NCBI GenBank assembly: GCA_004552445.1
Contig: SFOJ01000007.1
Location: forward strand, 9,266 to 73,265
DNA length: 64,000 nucleotides
Direction of reading: 5' to 3'
Source of the DNA: Mollicutes bacterium
GTDB lineage: Bacteria; Bacillota_I; Bacilli_A; RF39; UBA660
Shown: piece by piece, positions 47,356 through 58,828 of the stretch
How the letters are laid out: the number at the start of each line of letters is the position of its first letter
Position numbering within the stretch: the first letter of the stretch is position 1
Notes under the pieces: model-generated
Told to the model about the DNA's origin: nothing
What the model saw: the letters and a program-made list of their open reading frames with translations, nothing else
The model's database searches: none
Program-made: the position numbers and the translations under genes

Positions 47356-47945
47356 TATGCTGATGGTCCTGTAGGTCCAGTAGGTCCAGTTGGTCCAGTT
47401 GGTCCTGTTTCTCCCGTAGCACCAGCAGCACCAGTAAGTCCAGTTGGTCCAGTAGGTCCTTGTGGTATAGTTAAATTAATCACATAATTTGGTGCTGTCC
47501 CCGTGATAGTAGCTGCTGCTTCAGTTCCTGGAGCTCCAGTAGTTACAGTGCCGATAGATAGAGTAGGTGTTTCCCCTGCAGGGCCTGCTTCACCAGTATC
47601 TCCTGTAGGTCCTTGTATTCCTTGAGGACCTTGAATTCCTTGTGGTCCAGTTGGACCAGTAGGTCCCGTAGGTCCCTGTATTCCTTGAAGACCTTGAATT
47701 CCTTGTGGTCCGGTTGGACCAGTAGGTCCCTGTATTCCTTGAAGGCCTTGAATTCCTTGTAGTCCAGTTGGACCAGTAGGCCCTGTAGGTCCCTGTATTC
47801 CTTGAGGACCTTGAATTCCTTGTGGTCCAGTAGGCCCTGTAGCACCACCACTAGGTCCTGTAGGTCCTGTTGGGCCAGTTGCACCAAAACAAGTATAAAA
47901 TGGTGGGAATACTTTTATTTTTTTATTACAATTACAATTATTCAT
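47355..47945 (-). CDS. Collagen-like (GXY repeat) protein, BclA/exosporium-glycoprotein-like
   Basis: It has long GPT/GIQ triplet runs, a central non-collagen domain [22 protein letters not shown]...NLTIPQG, and a second GPT run. Confidence 0.8.
   Translation of the reverse strand: MNNCNCNKKIKVFPPFYTCFGATGPTGPTGPSGGATGPTGPQGIQGPQGIQGPTGPTGPTGLQGIQGLQGIQGPTGPTGPQGIQGLQGIQGPTGPTGPTGPQGIQGPQGIQGPTGDTGEAGPAGETPTLSIGTVTTGAPGTEAAATITGTAPNYVINLTIPQGPTGPTGLTGAAGATGETGPTGPTGPTGPTGPSA
47361..47880. repeat. Coding tandem 9-bp/18-bp repeats (GGTCCn ACn / GGAATTCAA units) of the collagen-like gene
   Basis: Repeated ggtccagt..., ccttgtattccttgaggaccttgaattcc units are visible at 47570-47880 and 47361-47460. 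Confidence 0.85.
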
Positions 47946-48030
47946 ATTTCCTCCTATAATATTATATTTTTATTATTGTAGAAGGTATATTCTAAAAACC
48001 TATAATAAAAAACAAGTGATTTTTCACTTG

Positions 48031-48585
48031 TTATATAGCTCTCATGTTTTCTTGATTTTTAAATGGATTTTTAGGATCTATTTTGTCCGTAAATAGTATT
48101 CCATTTAGATGATCTATTTCATGTTGAAATGCTACTGCAATTTCTTCACGTACTCTTTTTGTTACTTTATTTCCTTCTTCGTCCTGATATTCAACTGTTA
48201 TTCTTGCATATCTTGGAACAATTCCTTCTACATATCTAGTAACACTTAAACATCCTTCTCCTTCTTCCACATATACTTGTTCTTCAGAATGTGAAATAAT
48301 CTTTGGATTAATAACTTTATATTCTTCAAATGTTCCATCATCTCTTTTATATGAAATTACGAAAAATCTTTTTGAAACTCCAAGTTGTATAGCTGCAAGG
48401 CCCATACCAGCTCTTATATTATATTTTTTAGCATATTCTTCATCTTGACTTAATCTAAGATACATAATCATGTTATTAATTAAATATAAGTCTTCTTCTG
48501 ATAGAGGAAATGTAACTTCTTTACTTGCTTTTTTAAGTGTTTTTATATCTTTTTCATTTAATATATCAGACTCTTTTATCATATT
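48031..48585 (-). CDS. def: Peptide deformylase
   Basis: It contains GMGLAAIQLG, EGCLS and QHEIDHLNG. The start is taken at MIKESD. Confidence 0.9.
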   Translation of the reverse strand, partial: NMIKESDILNEKDIKTLKKASKEVTFPLSEEDLYLINNMIMYLRLSQDEEYAKKYNIRAGMGLAAIQLGVSKRFFVISYKRDDGTFEEYKVINPKIISHSEEQVYVEEGEGCLSVTRYVEGIVPRYARITVEYQDEEGNKVTKRVREEIAVAFQHEIDHLNGILFTDKIDPKNPFKNQENMRAI

Positions 48586-48697
48586 CTTTTTCCTCCTGTG
48601 TAGTATTTTATCAAAAAAGTACAAATATTTCAAATTTTATTGAAAAAAAGAGTTAATAATTATATAATATTTTTAGTAGAAAATAGGAGTTGGGTAT

Positions 48698-50191
48698 ATG
48701 AATACGCGTAAAATAAGTATGATATTTGCTATCATTGGCATTATTTTAGTGATAATTTTGATGATAACTGCTACTTATGCATACTTTTCATTAGAAATTG
48801 TTGGAGAAGGCAGTAACATAAGTATGACAACGTTTAATAAAAATGTTCAAATTACTTATATTGATACTAGTAATGTTTCTTTAACTAATGCTTATACAGG
48901 TGAAAGTATTAGTAAAACATTTACTGTTGAAAATACTGGTGATGTTGTTATTTATTATGATATCAAACTTAATGATTTAGTTAATAATTTTGCTAACCCT
49001 GATGATTTAGTTTTTACTCTTAGTGGATCTAATGGAGGCGCTTATATTAAAAGAACAACTATGCCTGTATCAAATCCTATTATTGCTTCAAGTATTAAAT
49101 TAGAACCAGGTATTAAACATTCTTATGTTATGGGAATTACATTTTTAAAAACTGATGAAGATCAAAGCGATAATATGAATAAAACATTTTCTGCTAATAT
49201 AAATATTTCTTCATCTTCTAAATATAATCCTTCTAGGGAAATATATGGAAATGGAACTTTAGGAAGTAAGATTGTTGAAAATGCATCTAGTGAACTCAAT
49301 ATAGATTATGCTACTATTGATGGTGAAGGAACGTATTATACGAATGATGCTATAAATGGTGAAACAATATATTTTTATAGAGGTACTAAAGCATTGAATA
49401 ATAATGTATTATTTGCTGGAAATTGTTTCAAAATAGTTAGAACCACTATTGATGGTGGTATAAGACTTGCATATAATGGAAAAGCTAGTAATGGTGTATG
49501 TAGTGATACTGATACAGCTATTTTAGATACAACAACTAAGTATAATAATAATTCAAACTTTAATGCTTATGTTGGATATATGTATGGTTCTGCTGATAGT
49601 AGTACTTATAGTGATGAACATAATAATGCTAATGCTAGTGTTATTAAAACTGCTTTAGATAATTGGTTTGTTACAAATATCAGTGATTATTCTTCATATT
49701 TAGAAGATTCAATATATTGTAATAATAGAAAAACTAGTAAGTTTGTTTTAAATAGTGTAACATATGGTTTTGACGGTTTTTCTAATAAAAACACTGGATA
49801 TATTTCATATAAAAATAATAATATTGATATGAAACCTACATATAATTGTGTTAATGTAAAAGATAGATTATCTGTAAAAAATGGTAATGGCGTTAGTGTA
49901 CTTTCTAATTCTGTTGGATTATTGACAAGTGATGAGTTAACATTTGCTGGGTTTAGTAAGAGTACTTCTAATACAACAAATTATTTATATACAAGTAGTG
50001 CTTACTGGACAATGTCTCCAGCATATTATAATGGATCTAAAGCATATAATTATATTGCTAATGGTGCTAAACTAGGAGTTTTAGCAGTTGATAGTGAAAG
50101 TGGTATTAGACCAGTTATTACTCTAAAAAAAGATACTAAAATTATTAGTGGTGATGGAAGTTTGAGTACACCATATAAGGTTACTGATTAG
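48698..50191 (+). CDS. TasA/SipW-signal family secreted protein with a large C-terminal domain
   Basis: The N-terminus is ...ITATYAYFSLEIVGEG...FTVENTGDVVIYYDI. The C-terminus is AYWTMSP...SGIRPVITL. Confidence 0.55.
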   Translation: MNTRKISMIFAIIGIILVIILMITATYAYFSLEIVGEGSNISMTTFNKNVQITYIDTSNVSLTNAYTGESISKTFTVENTGDVVIYYDIKLNDLVNNFANPDDLVFTLSGSNGGAYIKRTTMPVSNPIIASSIKLEPGIKHSYVMGITFLKTDEDQSDNMNKTFSANINISSSSKYNPSREIYGNGTLGSKIVENASSELNIDYATIDGEGTYYTNDAINGETIYFYRGTKALNNNVLFAGNCFKIVRTTIDGGIRLAYNGKASNGVCSDTDTAILDTTTKYNNNSNFNAYVGYMYGSADSSTYSDEHNNANASVIKTALDNWFVTNISDYSSYLEDSIYCNNRKTSKFVLNSVTYGFDGFSNKNTGYISYKNNNIDMKPTYNCVNVKDRLSVKNGNGVSVLSNSVGLLTSDELTFAGFSKSTSNTTNYLYTSSAYWTMSPAYYNGSKAYNYIANGAKLGVLAVDSESGIRPVITLKKDTKIISGDGSLSTPYKVTD

Positions 50192-50199
50192 GAGGTTTT

Positions 50200-50865
50200 A
50201 TGAATATTTTAGATGCTGTTATTATAACAATATTAATTGTTGGCGTTCTTGGTGGAATGAGTAGAGGATTAATAAAACAAGCAGTTTTACTTATTGGACT
50301 TGTAGTTTGCTTGATTTTTGCATTTTCTCTTAGAACTCCAATAGCTACGTTCATGTATGAATATTTACCATTTTTTAAATTTGGTGGATTATTTAGTGGT
50401 GTATCAATAATAAATATATTACTATATGAATTAATTGCCTTTTTAATTATATTTTCATTATTATATTTAGTCCTTAGAATTTTATTAAAAATTACTGGTA
50501 TTATTGAAAAAATATTAGATATGACAATTATATTAGGATTTTTTTCTAAAATTGGTGGAGGAATAGTTGGATTTATTGAAGCATATATTCTTGTATTTGT
50601 ATTCTTGTTTGTATGTAATCAACCATTTATTAGAGTTACTGGACTTGATAGTTCAAAAGTCGGTAATTTCATTTTAGATAAAACTCCAGTAATGAGTGGT
50701 GCTATAGAAGATACTAGAAAAGCTATTAATGAAGTGTATACACTAACTACTAAATATAAAAATGATAAAAATAAATTAAATCAAGAAACTATTAAATTAT
50801 TTATTAAATATGATATAATTACTGAAGAAAACGTTCAAAAATTACGTGAGAAAGGAAAATTATAA
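50200..50865 (+). CDS. cvpA: CvpA-family membrane protein
   Basis: It begins MNILDAVIITILIVGVLGGMSRGLIKQ and has four TM helices. Confidence 0.7.
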   Translation: MNILDAVIITILIVGVLGGMSRGLIKQAVLLIGLVVCLIFAFSLRTPIATFMYEYLPFFKFGGLFSGVSIINILLYELIAFLIIFSLLYLVLRILLKITGIIEKILDMTIILGFFSKIGGGIVGFIEAYILVFVFLFVCNQPFIRVTGLDSSKVGNFILDKTPVMSGAIEDTRKAINEVYTLTTKYKNDKNKLNQETIKLFIKYDIITEENVQKLREKGKL

Positions 50866-51164
50866 TGATATATCTTGATAAAGAAGAAAATTTTGATGAT
50901 TTAATAAAAGAAGGAATTGTACTTGTAGATTTTTATGCTACTTGGTGTGGACCTTGTAAAATGCTTGAAGGAGAACTTGAAAATATAGAAGATAAAATTA
51001 AAATAGTTAAAGTTGATATTGATAAATTTCAAAAACTTACTATTAATTATAGAATAATGAGTGTTCCAACTATGATTTTTTTCAAAAATGGAGAGAAAAG
51101 CGAAGAAGTTATTGGATTTCATACAAGTGATGAACTTTTAGAAGTAATTAATGGACTTAAATAG
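50865..51164 (+). CDS. trxA: Thioredoxin
   Basis: It contains the WCGPC active site and is 99 aa long. Confidence 0.9.
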   Translation: MIYLDKEENFDDLIKEGIVLVDFYATWCGPCKMLEGELENIEDKIKIVKVDIDKFQKLTINYRIMSVPTMIFFKNGEKSEEVIGFHTSDELLEVINGLK

Positions 51165-51282
51165 TCCATTTTTATTTTAATTTTATATAGTTTATAAATA
51201 AAGTTTTAAAAACTCTATTTATGTGTTATAATTCTTAACTGAAAGAAGAGGTGAGTCGCTAGGCTGTATTCCTAGTTGATGT

Positions 51283-53456
<2,174 letters not shown>

Positions 53457-53505
53457 TTATATGAATTTCGTTTTTGTATCTCAGAAACGTGCTTAATAAT
53501 AACTC

Positions 53506-53859
53506 TTATTTTTTTGTTACACCAATAATACCACCTGTGATTGACGATAATATTAAAGATAAATAATAAACTAAAGTGCCAAAAGAATACTTTGAAATAA
53601 ATAGGGTTATTAGTGAGAATATAAAACAAATTGAAAAAGAAATTATAAATCCATTTAAATATCCTTTCGATTTTTCAAGAGAAGATGTTTTAAATCCAAG
53701 AACAAAGAATAATAGCAAAATAACTATATAATTTATAATACTTACTACATTATAACTAAATACTTCTAAATAATAAACTAAAGAAATAACTAAAAGATAT
53801 ATAAGAAAAAGTATTAAAAATAATGATATACTTTTTAAATAATTAATAATTTTGTTCAT
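53506..53859 (-). CDS. YrzE-like (TIGR04086-type) small membrane protein
   Basis: It has four TM helices. Its position between tgt and spoVB matches Bacillus. Confidence 0.5.
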   Translation of the reverse strand: MNKIINYLKSISLFLILFLIYLLVISLVYYLEVFSYNVVSIINYIVILLLFFVLGFKTSSLEKSKGYLNGFIISFSICFIFSLITLFISKYSFGTLVYYLSLILSSITGGIIGVTKK

Positions 53860-53922
53860 TTTATCACCTAATTAAGTATATTTATGATTAAAAAATATAT
53901 GAATCAAACATAATAATAGTAG

Positions 53923-54582
53923 GTGATATATATGGATTTAGTAATGGTAATAATTAGAACTGTGTTTTTCTATGTGTTTGTACTTATTATATTTAGACTT
54001 ATGGGGAAACGTGAGATAGGAGAGTTATCTATTCAAGATTTGGTAGTTAGCTTATTAATTGCTGAACTTGTTGCGATAAGTATTGAAAATTATAAAGATT
54101 CGATGTTACTTACAGTGATACCTATATTAATACTTTTGTTCTTTGAGGTAGCTGCTGGATACTTATCACTTAGGTTTAATAAATTTAGAAATATTATGGA
54201 TGGTAAACCAGCTCTTATAATAAATAGGGGTATTATTAACTATAAAGAAATGATGAAACAAAGATATTCTTTGGATGATTTGTTATTGGAACTTAGAAAT
54301 AATAATATAAAGAATCTTAAAGACGTGGAATATGCTGTACTTGAAAATAGTGGAAAGCTAAATATATTTAAATATAGTTTTTTAGGATTTGATTCATCAA
54401 ATCCATTTCCTTTAATATTAGATGGCGTTGTTCAAAAAGATACATTATGTTATATAGATAAAGATGAAAAATGGTTATATGATTATTTAAGATGTAATAA
54501 TCTTAAAAAAGAAGAAATATTTTATGCTTTTTATAAGAACAATAAAATTTATGTTATTAAAAGAAATGAATTAATTAGATAG
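53923..54582 (+). CDS. DUF421/YetF-family membrane protein
   Basis: It contains RLMGKREIGELSIQDLVVSLLIAE and LENSGKLNI. Confidence 0.65.
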   Translation: MIYMDLVMVIIRTVFFYVFVLIIFRLMGKREIGELSIQDLVVSLLIAELVAISIENYKDSMLLTVIPILILLFFEVAAGYLSLRFNKFRNIMDGKPALIINRGIINYKEMMKQRYSLDDLLLELRNNNIKNLKDVEYAVLENSGKLNIFKYSFLGFDSSNPFPLILDGVVQKDTLCYIDKDEKWLYDYLRCNNLKKEEIFYAFYKNNKIYVIKRNELIR

Positions 54583-55869
54583 TACTTTTTTTATTTCTTT
54601 TGAATAAAGATACGTGCTAAGTAAAAGATTTATAATTATTGATAATATTAGAGAATACATACCTATTTTTAATAGAGAAAGAAGTGCTATTGAAATTAAT
54701 CTTACTATTGAAGAAATGATTGTACATTTCATTGCTCTTTTACTTTTACCTAATGCTTGTAGAGCATTTATAAGAGGGTACTCTATATAAAATAATATAG
54801 TAAATGGACTTAATAATCTTATATAATCTAGTCCTAATGATGTATGATATAAAATATTTAAAAAGAATGTTGGAAATAAAGTTATTATAAGTGTGGAAAA
54901 TCCTCCGATAGAACAGGATATTAAAACTATTTGTTTTATTCTTTTTTTGCACATTTCTTTATTTCCTAAACTGTAATATTTAGATAATTCTGGTACTAGA
55001 GAAGTAGCCATATTTTGTGTGAAGAATTGTGGCATTAGTAATAGTGACATAGCATATGCATTAATGACTCCATACTCATATACTATGAAGTCTTTAGAGT
55101 AGCCTGCGTACATTAACACATTTGTTAAAATAATTGGTTCTAAGAAATAAGATATTGAACCAATTATTTTACTTGAAGTTGATGGAATACATATACCCAT
55201 TACTTTTTTTATATCATTTTTGTTAAAATCATTAATAGACGGTTTAATATTTTTTGGAAAAAAATACATCATTACTAGTTGTGATATTATTTCACCTGCG
55301 GCATTTATTAGAATAATGAAACTTATTGTATGTATTAAACTTATACTTAAAAATTTATCTATGAAAAGCGTTATTAGTATTAGTCTCGTGACTTGTTCTA
55401 TAAAGTTAGATAACATATATGGAAACATGTTTTGTTTTCCCCAAAAATATCCTTTTATTATTGATGATATACTTATAAATGGGGTTACTAAAGATAAGCA
55501 AATTATAGGGTAATATAAAATTTCATTTTTAAGAAGTGTACTTAGTGTTGGAGCTATTAAAATAGTGATTAATATTATAAAAAAATTAATTATTATTGAA
55601 AGTGGTATTATTGATATAAAAAGTGTTTTTGTTCTTGAACTTTTTTCTGATATTATTTTAGATAATGCGGTAGGATAAGATAATGTTGCGATTACACTTA
55701 AAAGAGAACTAGTCGGAGCAAGTAAACTATATAGTCCCATACCTTCAGCACCTAGTTTTCTAGTTACTATTATTCTTAATACGAAACCTACTAATTTACC
55801 AATTACTCCTCCGATAAGTAACACTAGTGTTGATTTTAAAAATATATTATTTTTTATTTTATTTAACAT
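54571..55869 (-). CDS. spoVB: MOP-superfamily flippase, SpoVB-like
   Basis: It contains LIGGVIGKLVGFVLRIIVTRKLGAEGMGLY and has 12 or more TM helices. Synteny with tgt/yrzE supports the call. At 432 aa it is shorter than Bacillus SpoVB. Confidence 0.55.
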   Translation of the reverse strand: MLNKIKNNIFLKSTLVLLIGGVIGKLVGFVLRIIVTRKLGAEGMGLYSLLAPTSSLLSVIATLSYPTALSKIISEKSSRTKTLFISIIPLSIIINFFIILITILIAPTLSTLLKNEILYYPIICLSLVTPFISISSIIKGYFWGKQNMFPYMLSNFIEQVTRLILITLFIDKFLSISLIHTISFIILINAAGEIISQLVMMYFFPKNIKPSINDFNKNDIKKVMGICIPSTSSKIIGSISYFLEPIILTNVLMYAGYSKDFIVYEYGVINAYAMSLLLMPQFFTQNMATSLVPELSKYYSLGNKEMCKKRIKQIVLISCSIGGFSTLIITLFPTFFLNILYHTSLGLDYIRLLSPFTILFYIEYPLINALQALGKSKRAMKCTIISSIVRLISIALLSLLKIGMYSLILSIIINLLLSTYLYSKEIKKVLSN

Positions 55870-55952
55870 AATAAAGTATATGAAGTAATTGATAAAGATA
55901 TTTATTTATGGTATTATTAGTGTGTTCTTAAAGAACAACAATTTTAAAAATT

Positions 55953-56075
55953 ACCTTATAAAGAGTGACTGAGAGACTGGCTCTATGAAGTCACACCAAC
56001 CTATTTGATTAGGTGGTAAACCCAGATGGATGAGGATAACTTATATATACCTAAGTTATCTTAGGTATTTTTTCT
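55953..56075 (+). promoter_or_regulatory. SAM-I (S-box) riboswitch with terminator/antiterminator
   Basis: CCTTATAAAGAGTGACTGAGAGACTGGCTCTATGAAGTCACACCAACC...AGGTGGTAAACCCAG..GATGAGG fits the S-box core. The terminator is ATACCTAAG-ttat-CTTAGGTAT followed by T6. The competing stem is GATAACTTA/TAAGTTATC. Confidence 0.85.
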
Positions 56076-56113
56076 TTTTAAGGTAATTGTAATCTTGGAA
56101 GGAGGAAATATAT

Positions 56114-57148
56114 ATGAGATTATTTAGTAATGAAATTGTTTTTAGAGGTCATCCTGATAAAGTATGTGATCAAATAAGTGATGCTTTAGTGGATGAATTT
56201 ATTAAAGGGGATAAGAAAAGCAGATGTGCGATTGAGACTATGGGTGGTAAAGGTAAAATATTTATCACTGGGGAGGTTACATCAAAAAGTAAAGTTGATA
56301 TTCCTAAAGTTGTAAAAAATGTTTTATTGGATGTTGGGTATAGTAGTGACTATGAAATAATTAATAATATTGGTGTTCAAAGTAGTGATATTGCTATGGG
56401 TACTAATGATGAAGTTATGGGTGCTGGAGATCAAGGTATGATGTTTGGATATGCATGTGATGATAATAAAAAATATTTACCTACTGCTATGGTTATACTT
56501 CAGGAACTAAGTAAAAAGTATGATGAACTTAGAAAAACTGACTATAGATTTAAAAGTGATGGTAAAGCTCAAATAACAGGGTATTATAATGATAAAATGA
56601 AACTAAAACGTATTAAAACTTTTACAATCAGTTATCAAAATACTGAAAAAGAAAGAAAAGAAACAGATAAAATAATTAAAAATATTTGTGATAATATTTG
56701 TTCTAAATATAATGTTAATGTAGATGAATATTTGATAAATCCTACTGGTAAATTTGAAATTGGAGGTTTTGATGGTGATGCTGGTCTAACAGGAAGAAAA
56801 ATAGTGGTTGATAGTTATCAAGGATTTGCTCCAGTAGGTGGAGGTGCATTTAGTGGTAAAGATCCTACTAAGGTTGATAGAAGTGGTGCATATAAAGCAA
56901 GATTAATTGCCATTCATTATTTAAAAAAATATAATCTTAAATGGTGTAAAGTACAGCTTAGTTATGCAATTGGTATTAGAAAACCTTTAGCTATTTATAT
57001 AGATAGTAATATCGGTACTTTTAATGAAGAAGTTACAATAGATAAATATAAAGATTTATATGAAGAGTGTGAACCTAAGAATATAATAGATGATTTAAAC
57101 TTATTAAATGAAAGTTTCTATGAAAAAAGTAAATTTGGACATTTTTAG
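56114..57148 (+). CDS. metK: S-adenosylmethionine synthetase (short, divergent form)
   Basis: It contains RGHPDKVCDQISDA, GAGDQGMMFGYA and GGGAFSGKDPTKVDRSGAY. It is 344 aa long, versus about 385-400 aa in typical bacterial MetK. Confidence 0.8.
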   Translation: MRLFSNEIVFRGHPDKVCDQISDALVDEFIKGDKKSRCAIETMGGKGKIFITGEVTSKSKVDIPKVVKNVLLDVGYSSDYEIINNIGVQSSDIAMGTNDEVMGAGDQGMMFGYACDDNKKYLPTAMVILQELSKKYDELRKTDYRFKSDGKAQITGYYNDKMKLKRIKTFTISYQNTEKERKETDKIIKNICDNICSKYNVNVDEYLINPTGKFEIGGFDGDAGLTGRKIVVDSYQGFAPVGGGAFSGKDPTKVDRSGAYKARLIAIHYLKKYNLKWCKVQLSYAIGIRKPLAIYIDSNIGTFNEEVTIDKYKDLYEECEPKNIIDDLNLLNESFYEKSKFGHF

Positions 57149-57205
57149 AAGTGTAAAGTTTATGAAAAAATATTGATATATTTTTTTGTTATGATATAAT
57201 TAAAT

Positions 57206-57378
57206 TAACCTAGATGAAATATAGCTTTATAAACCGGCTATGTAATACTATAGGGGGACTAATTAGTATATGGAGTTGAATATTGTATTTAATACAAGAT
57301 CCCGAGTATGTTATGTGTCCTACCACCTCGTGCGAAACGCGAGTTTTATTACACTATATTTACCTAGGTATTTTTTTA
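57206..57378 (+). ncRNA. ssrS: Candidate 6S RNA
   Basis: Its own extended -10 is TGaTATAAT (57192-57200). A long closing helix pairs AACCTAG..AAATATAG (57207-57224) with CTATATTT..CTAGGT (57352-57369). It has internal hairpins and a T7 tail. It lies immediately upstream of tcdA (yrvM), where B. subtilis 6S-1 (bsrA) is found. Confidence 0.5.
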
Positions 57379-57412
57379 TGGTATAATATAGGCACTTTTT
57401 GAGGAGGAAAGT

Positions 57413-58099
57413 ATGAATCTTGTTAGACTTGAAAGTTTAATTGGTAGTGAAAAATTAGAAAAAATAAGAAAACTTAAAGTGCTTATTATAGGTCTTGGTG
57501 GAGTAGGAGGTTATGCTCTTGAATCGTTAGTTAGATGTGGAGTTGAAAATATAACTATAGTAGATGGAGATACTATTAAACCAAGCAATATAAATAGACA
57601 AATAATAGCAACTTCTAAAAATAATAATAAATACAAAACTAGAGAATGGAAAAAAAGAATTAAACTTATAAATAATAATGCCTGTGTTAATATAATAAAT
57701 ACTTATATTACACCTGATAATATTGAACTCTTGTTTGGTGAAAAGTATGATTATATGATAGATGCTTGTGATACCACTCGTGTTAAAGTTGAACTAGTTA
57801 AAAGATGTCATGAAAATGGTATAAAATTAGTTTCATCAATGGGGACGGCTAAAAAGCTAGATGCTACTAAGTTAATTATTACTACGCTTGATAAAACTAA
57901 TACAGATCCACTTGCTAAGAAGGTAAGACATGAGCTTGGGAAAGATAAAGACTTAATGAAAGATGTGGTAGTTGTAACATCAACAGAGAAAGCTATAGAT
58001 ACAAATAATATGCTTGGTTCTAGTGCATTTGTTCCAGCTGTTGCGGGTCTTTATATAACAAATTATATAGTTAAAGATGTAATAGATAATTTTAATTAG
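57413..58099 (+). CDS. tcdA: tRNA threonylcarbamoyladenosine dehydratase (ThiF-family, TcdA/YrvM-like)
   Basis: It contains LKVLIIGLGGVGGYALESLVRCGVENITIVDGD.I..SNINRQ. Confidence 0.8.
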   Translation: MNLVRLESLIGSEKLEKIRKLKVLIIGLGGVGGYALESLVRCGVENITIVDGDTIKPSNINRQIIATSKNNNKYKTREWKKRIKLINNNACVNIINTYITPDNIELLFGEKYDYMIDACDTTRVKVELVKRCHENGIKLVSSMGTAKKLDATKLIITTLDKTNTDPLAKKVRHELGKDKDLMKDVVVVTSTEKAIDTNNMLGSSAFVPAVAGLYITNYIVKDVIDNFN

Positions 58100-58126
58100 A
58101 TAAAAAAGCTACTCGTAAGAGTAGTT

Positions 58127-58828
58127 TTATAGTGATTTTTTAGTTTGTCTTTTAATTAATAAATCTTCACTTTCTAATTCTTCTTTTGTTTTAGATAAAG
58201 GTTCATGACCTTTAGTGAATGAATTTAAATATATGCTTCCATTAATTGATTTAAAATCTTTTGTTGTGTATCCTGTTTTAGTGTTATAAAATGAGTCTCC
58301 ATAAATTCTTGCCATATTTTCATCTAATATGTGATATCCATCTATTAATAGTTTTTCTATTTTGGATTTATCTTCATCTTTTATAAAATATCCAGGGGAT
58401 GGTGTTTTTAATATCATTCCATTATGAGTTAAATATTCACATTTTTCATCTATAAAAAATTGTCTGTATGTTGGATCTATTAAATATGGTATTAATATTC
58501 CATTCACGTTGAATCTTGCTACTATGAATGAATGACCTTCAATATCATTTGTTATTACATTTTGTGTCATGCATGGATGTGTTTCGACACCTAAATCAGT
58601 TAGATAGTAAGTTATGATTGCTTGAGCTTTATCACATTTATATTCAAAACTAAAGTTATCAAAATCGTTTGTAAATTTGCATCTAGTAAGGTAACAAATA
58701 TTATCTAAAAATAAATTTATTTCTTCTATAGAAAGAGGAGTATTACTTTCAACTTTTCTTTCTAATTCTTCTATTACTTTAGAGTCAATATTTACTGTTT
58801 TAGGAGTGCTTTTCATTATAAATTTCAT
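58127..58828 (-). CDS. Transglutaminase-like/papain-fold domain protein (tentative)
   Basis: The possible Cys-His-Asp arrangement is YKCDKAQAII..., EGHSFIVARF, LIDPTY. Confidence 0.3.
   Translation of the reverse strand: MKFIMKSTPKTVNIDSKVIEELERKVESNTPLSIEEINLFLDNICYLTRCKFTNDFDNFSFEYKCDKAQAIITYYLTDLGVETHPCMTQNVITNDIEGHSFIVARFNVNGILIPYLIDPTYRQFFIDEKCEYLTHNGMILKTPSPGYFIKDEDKSKIEKLLIDGYHILDENMARIYGDSFYNTKTGYTTKDFKSINGSIYLNSFTKGHEPLSKTKEELESEDLLIKRQTKKSL

Noticed and set aside
47543-47887. 114-aa minus-strand ORF in an alternative frame of the collagen gene, and the possibility that the repeats are a CRISPR or non-coding tandem array
   Set aside because: The periodicity is 9/18 bp and reads as perfect GXY triplets in the 47355-47945 frame. 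There are no unique spacers between repeats, so these are coding collagen repeats. The second frame is a by-product.
51165-51282. preQ1 riboswitch upstream of queA-tgt
   Set aside because: I found an extended -10 (TGTTATAAT) and a small CTAGG...CCTAG hairpin. The preQ1-I/II consensus elements are absent.
57206-57378. T-box or other cis-leader interpretation of the RNA upstream of tcdA
   Set aside because: There is no AGAGA/GNUGGNACC T-box sequence or specifier-loop layout. A separate promoter for tcdA follows the T-tract. The 6S RNA interpretation is preferred but unproven.
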